A stretch of 47,697 nt of DNA, from contig DATJOU010000195.1 in the NCBI GenBank assembly GCA_035506775.1, forward strand, positions 1-47,697, given 5' to 3'. This document shows positions 44,201 through 47,697 of the stretch, piece by piece. Source of the DNA: Solirubrobacteraceae bacterium. Its GTDB lineage: Bacteria; Actinomycetota; Thermoleophilia; Solirubrobacterales; Solirubrobacteraceae. The notes under the pieces were generated by a model. It was not told the origin of the DNA. It was given only the letters and a program-made list of their open reading frames with translations, and searched no databases. Each line of letters opens with the position of its first letter. Position 1 is the stretch's first letter. The translations under genes and the position numbers were made by a program.

Positions 44201-46968
44201 AGACGGCGACGACCGTTTCCGGGACGCCCCCGGCGACGAGCGTCACCGTCAACGGCCTGACGAACGGGACCAGCTACACGTTCAAGGTCAGCGCGACCAA
44301 CGAAATCGGCGAAGGGCCGCAGTCCACGGCCTCCAACTCGGTGACGCCGGCGGCGGTGCCTGACACGATCTTCGGCAGCTCCGCCCCCGCCACGATCGAC
44401 TCGGGCGACCCCAACCCTGTCGAGCTCGGGGTGAAGTTCACCTCTGAAGTCGCCGGAACGGTGACCGGGGTCCGCTTCTACAAGGCGACCACCAACACGG
44501 GCACCCATATCGGGAGCCTGTGGAGCTCGACCGGGACGTTGCTGGCGTCGGCGACCTTCAGCAACGAAACCGCCTCCGGGTGGCAGCAGGTCAGCTTCTC
44601 CAAACCGGTCGCGATCGCGGCCAACACGACCTACGTCGCGGGCTACCTCGCCCCCGCCGGGCACTACTCCGACACGGCCTCCGGGCTCGCCGGCGCGATC
44701 TCCAACCCGCCCCTGACGGCGCTCTCCAACAGCACCAGCGCGAACGGGGTCTACGCCTACAGCAGCTCGAGCGTGTTCCCCTCGAACACCTACAAATCGA
44801 GCAACTACTGGGTCGACGTGGTCTTCGAACCGGAAACGGTGGCGGCCCCGGGTCAGGTGACCAAGGTCTCGGCGACGGCCGGGAACGGATCGGCGCTCGT
44901 GAGCTGGAGCGCCCCCACGAGCGGGGGTGCGCCGACGCAGTACACGGTCACCCCGTACGCCGGCAAAACCGCCCAGACGCCGGTCACGGTCACCGGCACT
45001 CCGCCGGCGACCAGCGTGACGGTCCCCGGGTTGACCTCTGGGACGAGCTACACCTTCACGGTGACGGCGTCCGACTCCGCCGGCTCGGGACCGCCCTCGG
45101 AAGCCTCCAACAGCGTGATCCCGACCAGCTCCACGGCCCCGGCCGCGCCGACGGAAGTCACCGCGGCCGCCGGGAGCGGGTCGGCGACGGTGAGCTGGAC
45201 GGCACCGGCCAACGGCGGCAGCCCGATCACCAAGTACACGGTGACCCCATACGTGGGCTCGGCGGCCCAGACCCCCACCGTCGTGTCGGGGAACCCGCCG
45301 GCCACCAGCACCACGGTCAACGGTCTCGCGAACGGGACCGCCTACACGTTCGTGGTGAGCGCCACCAACGAAGTCGGCGAAGGTCCCCAGTCGAGCGCCT
45401 CCAGCGCGGTCACGCCCACCCTGGCCCCGGACACGCTGTTCGGCAGCGCCGCCCCGGCGACTCCCGACTCGGGCGACACGAACTCGGTCGAGCTGGGGAT
45501 GAAGTTCTCCTCGGAAGTGTCCGGAGCGATCACCGGGGTGCGCTTCTACAAGGCCAGCACGAACACGGGTACCCACGTCGGGAGCCTGTGGACCTCGGGC
45601 GGCACCCTGCTCGCGTCGTCGACCTTCACGAACGAGACCTCCTCCGGCTGGCAGCAGGTGAGCTTCTCCAAACCGGTCCAGATCACGGCCAACACGACCT
45701 ACGTGGTTGCCTACCTGGCGCCCAACGGGCACTACTCCGACACGGCCTCCGGGTTCACCAGCGCGATCACCAACCCGCCCCTGATAGGCCTGGCGAACAG
45801 CACCAGCGCCAACGGCGTCTACACCTACACCAACACGAGCGTGTTCCCCGGAAGCTCCTACAAATCCACCAACTACTGGGTGGACGTCCTGTTCGAACCG
45901 GAAACGGTGGTCGCGCCCGGCCAGGTGACGAAGGTGTCGGCGACGGCCGGGAAAGGGTCCGCGACGGTGAGCTGGAGCGCTCCCTCGAGCGGCGGCACGC
46001 CGACGCAGTACACGATCACCCCCTACATCGGCAGCGCCGCACAGGCCACGACGACCGTCACGGCCCCGGCGACGAACGCGACGGTGACCGGCCTGACCCC
46101 GGGGACGAGCTACACGTTCACGGTGACCGCGTCCGACTCGGTGGGCCCCGGGCCTGCCTCCGAAGCGTCCAACAGCGTCGTCCCGACCAGCTCCACGGCC
46201 CCGGCTGCACCGAGCGAAGTCACGGCGTCCGCAGGTAGCGGCTCGGCGTCGGTGAGCTGGACGGCCCCGTCGAACGGCGGCAGCCAGATCACCGGATACA
46301 CGGTCACTCCGTACGTGGGCACGACGGCGCAGACCGCCACCGTCGTGTCCGGGACCCCGCCGGCGACGAGCACCACCGTCAGCGGCCTGACGAACGGGAC
46401 CAGCTACACGTTCAAGGTGAGCGCCACCAACGAAATCGGGGAAGGGCCCCAGTCGACCGCCTCCAGCGCCGTGACCCCGACCGCCGCGCCGGACACGATC
46501 TTCGGCAACTCGACGCCGGCCACCGTCGACTCCGGCGACAGCAACTCGGTCGAGCTGGGCGTGAAGTTCAGCTCCGAAGTGTCCGGAGCGATCACCGGGG
46601 TGCGCTTCTACAAGGCGAGCACGAACACCGGCACCCACGTCGGGAGCCTGTGGAGCTCGACCGGGACGTTGCTGGCCTCGGCGACCTTCACCAACGAAAC
46701 GTCGTCGGGCTGGCAGCAGGTGAGCTTCTCCAAAGCGGTGTCGATCACGGCCAACACGACCTACGTGGCGGGCTACCTGGCGCCCAACGGCCACTACTCG
46801 GACACCGCGTCCGGCTTCAGCAGCGCCATCACCAGCGCGCCCCTGACCGCGCTCGCGAACGGCACCAGCGCCAACGGCGTGTACGCCTACAGCAGCACCA
46901 GCGTGTTCCCCACCAACACCTACAAATCGACCAACTACTGGGTCGACGTGCTGTTCGAAGAACTATGA
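41263..46968 (+). CDS. ~1901-aa secreted protein: N,N-dimethylformamidase beta-like (DUF6605) domain, Ig-like domain, 4x DUF4082 and 6x Fn3
   Basis: Signal peptide; WEAYNEYGG, SFNRP, GHDEYWS, FSGNEIFWK; repeated ELGVKF..GVRFYK..SGWQQVSF..NYWVDV; Fn3 VSWxAP..GG.PIT.YTVTP..YTFxVxAxN. Confidence 0.88.
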   Translation: MAARPWRNARRLLPGWGALLVLLVLALALALSPARTAAAGAEEDNCASTENPIACENALPGDKPSNWQVQGVGNAALQGFATSMSVNVGETEHFKIDTTASSYKIEILRLGYYDGDGARVVASGITPIAVQDQPECLKEPATGLIDCGNWGMSAEWTVPSNAVSGVYVAELTPSGSGGKSQIIFVVRNDAGHAPILLQVSDATWEAYNEYGGNSLYTCTVACPPGEPKEYKGAYSVSFNRPFSGGLITDNGASYLWYAEYQMMLWLEENGYNVAYTTEEEVDRNGALLKNHKVFMSSGHDEYWSAGQRANVEAAREAGVNLAFFSGNEIFWKTRWGPSIDGSNTAYRTLTSYKETHFEGPVDPKDPPTWTGAWRDPRSPNADGGRPENELSGQQFEVNAGTSSIGVPSQYRKLRLWRNTSVANLKSGQEVTLGKNTLGYEWDEDVDNGFRPSGEYELSSTTVSSLQKFTDYGSSLNENATGTHHLTMYRAKSGALVFGAGTVQWSWGLENVNAWGESSTDPELYAPSLAMEQFTVNLLAEMGVQPGSLESGLIAGTQSTDTTPPSSTITAPKANETLAEGKSTTVTGTATDSGGGVVAGVEVSTDNGASWHPATLTTADEQTVSWTYTWSPNHWPGTTIKSRAVDDSNNVETPSAGVSVKVGCPCSIWGAVAPTTPVSSDPNSITVGVKFTAEVGGTVTGIRFYKATTDTGTHVGSLWSAGGTLLASATFTNETSSGWQQVNFSKPVSVSAGTTYVAAYLAPAGHYEQSPNYFYTPAGEGGQILNSPPLHAVSASSEPVGGAFGSANGVYTYGSGSVFPTTSDEGANYWVDVLFEPESLVAPGQVTKVSATAGSGSATVNWTAPSTGGTPTQYTITPYIGKAAQTTTTVTAPATSATVGGLTSGTSYTFTVTASNPTGSGPVSEASNAVTPTSATAPAAPTEVVALASSGSASVSWNAPSNDGSPITEYTITPYIGSAAQTATTVSGTPPATSVTVNGLTNGTSYTFKVSATNEIGEGPQSTASNSVTPAAVPDTIFGSSAPATIDSGDPNPVELGVKFTSEVAGTVTGVRFYKATTNTGTHIGSLWSSTGTLLASATFSNETASGWQQVSFSKPVAIAANTTYVAGYLAPAGHYSDTASGLAGAISNPPLTALSNSTSANGVYAYSSSSVFPSNTYKSSNYWVDVVFEPETVAAPGQVTKVSATAGNGSALVSWSAPTSGGAPTQYTVTPYAGKTAQTPVTVTGTPPATSVTVPGLTSGTSYTFTVTASDSAGSGPPSEASNSVIPTSSTAPAAPTEVTAAAGSGSATVSWTAPANGGSPITKYTVTPYVGSAAQTPTVVSGNPPATSTTVNGLANGTAYTFVVSATNEVGEGPQSSASSAVTPTLAPDTLFGSAAPATPDSGDTNSVELGMKFSSEVSGAITGVRFYKASTNTGTHVGSLWTSGGTLLASSTFTNETSSGWQQVSFSKPVQITANTTYVVAYLAPNGHYSDTASGFTSAITNPPLIGLANSTSANGVYTYTNTSVFPGSSYKSTNYWVDVLFEPETVVAPGQVTKVSATAGKGSATVSWSAPSSGGTPTQYTITPYIGSAAQATTTVTAPATNATVTGLTPGTSYTFTVTASDSVGPGPASEASNSVVPTSSTAPAAPSEVTASAGSGSASVSWTAPSNGGSQITGYTVTPYVGTTAQTATVVSGTPPATSTTVSGLTNGTSYTFKVSATNEIGEGPQSTASSAVTPTAAPDTIFGNSTPATVDSGDSNSVELGVKFSSEVSGAITGVRFYKASTNTGTHVGSLWSSTGTLLASATFTNETSSGWQQVSFSKAVSITANTTYVAGYLAPNGHYSDTASGFSSAITSAPLTALANGTSANGVYAYSSTSVFPTNTYKSTNYWVDVLFEEL
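43255..46960 (+). repeat. Intragenic tandem repeat of ~1.06 kb (DUF4082-Fn3-Fn3) x3 plus a fourth DUF4082
   Basis: GACACG(A/C)T(C/G)TTCGGC recurs at about 44362, 45430 and 46492 (periods 1068 and 1062 nt); long near-identical DNA stretches. Confidence 0.9.
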
Positions 46969-47615
46969 GACCAAACCGAATCCACCGCGGCGCCAAGGCG
47001 CCCTTCCTGGTCCTGCTCGCCGCGACGGCGATCGCGCTCGCCGCCTGCGGCGGCTCCTCGTCGTCGTCGAAGACCACGACGGTCGGCTACGCGCAGGCCG
47101 CTCCCCGTCACCTCAACGTTCGCAAGGCCAGGGAGCGTGCCCGGGCCGCCCGTCACGAAGTGGCCAGGGCCGTCGCCGTCCACCACCCGCGGTCCGGGAC
47201 CGGGAGCGGTGAAATCAACGACGACAACCCCGGCCACGCGGACACCGGAGGGCACCTGTCGACGATCACCTTCCACCCCTGCCGGCTGGTCAGCTCCTCG
47301 CAGGCCGAGGCGATCGTGGGGGGCCCGGTCGGAAAGCCGGTGGAGGCTCCGCTCGGGCCCACGTGCATCTACCGCTCGCTGCGCGACGGTCACGTCGTCA
47401 CGCTGACCGTCGAGGCAGCCTCCTTCACGCGGATCAAGCAGTACCTCCACGCCACCAGGAGCGCCGCGGTGGCGGGCCACACCGCCTACTGCGGGATCTA
47501 CGGCCAGCCCACCACGTTCGTCCCCCTCGGCAAGGGGAGGGTGCTCGACGTGACGGCGCCGTGCTCGCTGGGGTTGCGCTTCGCGGCCACCGCGGTGCCG
47601 CGGCTGAGCACCTGA
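46965..47615 (+). CDS. Putative lipoprotein (DUF3558-like C-terminal domain)
   Basis: LAAC-GG lipobox, PCRLVSSSQAEAIVG..GPTCIY; ATGA overlap with the large protein. Confidence 0.72.
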   Translation: MRPNRIHRGAKAPFLVLLAATAIALAACGGSSSSSKTTTVGYAQAAPRHLNVRKARERARAARHEVARAVAVHHPRSGTGSGEINDDNPGHADTGGHLSTITFHPCRLVSSSQAEAIVGGPVGKPVEAPLGPTCIYRSLRDGHVVTLTVEAASFTRIKQYLHATRSAAVAGHTAYCGIYGQPTTFVPLGKGRVLDVTAPCSLGLRFAATAVPRLST

Positions 47616-47646
47616 GCGGCCCGAGCGGCCCCCGCGGCCCCCGCCG

Positions 47647-47697
47647 CTACCCGGCGACGGCGATCCGGTCCAGCAGGCGGCGGGTGTAGAAGGCGCC
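47647..47697 (-). CDS. 3' end of a gene entering from beyond the window
   Basis: GAFYTRRLLDRIAVAG-TAG with GC-ending codons, convergent with the lipoprotein. Confidence 0.45.
   Translation of the reverse strand, partial: GAFYTRRLLDRIAVAG

Noticed and set aside
41047-46794. 1915-aa minus-strand ORF
   Set aside because: Antisense shadow of the large repeat protein; Arg/Gly-rich with no motifs, as expected in high-GC DNA
43255-46960. Long repeats as a CRISPR array or mobile-element duplication
   Set aside because: Repeats are ~1 kb, in frame and encode protein domains; no spacers, cas genes or transposase
41263-46968. GAA reassigned to Asp in exported proteins
   Set aside because: The conserved Glu of the NET(S/A)SGWQ motif is encoded by GAA in three repeats and GAG in one, so GAA behaves as Glu; codon bias fits better than recoding

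Overview
A very GC-rich bacterial chromosomal window. Gene content, leaderless-type starts and protein style suggest Actinomycetota, probably Thermoleophilia/Solirubrobacterales (inference, no marker gene present). About 45 CDS; no rRNA, tRNA, CRISPR array or transposase was recognised. It holds three surface-glycan blocks: (i) 1-4507, GT2/GT4/GT2, a priming sugar transferase and an ATP-grasp protein; (ii) 18951-27394, a GT-C-like membrane protein, a polyprenyl-P-sugar synthase-like GT2 with DUF2304, GtrA, a GMC oxidoreductase, an NAD(P) epimerase/reductase, a polysaccharide deacetylase and a GNAT; (iii) 35823-47615, a Wzx flippase, two GT2, an epimerase, a priming transferase and a ~1900-aa DUF4082/Fn3 repeat surface protein. 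Between them are metabolic genes (SDRs, haloalkane dehalogenase, cupredoxin, TrmH, VOC dioxygenase, GST, Orn/Lys/Arg decarboxylase, a fatty acyl reductase + WS/DGAT pair, a serine hydrolase), a CpsB-type phosphatase and a NarL-type two-component pair. Most notable observations: a possible DprE1/DprE2-analogous lipid-linked sugar modification cassette; a within-gene switch from GAG to GAA codons in exported domains; a consensus sigma70 promoter driving an orphan structured RNA or small ORF; an acylphosphatase-LigD phosphoesterase fusion; and tiny ORFs that bridge stop and start codons in glycan operons. All family assignments come from motif recognition by eye, not from database searches.
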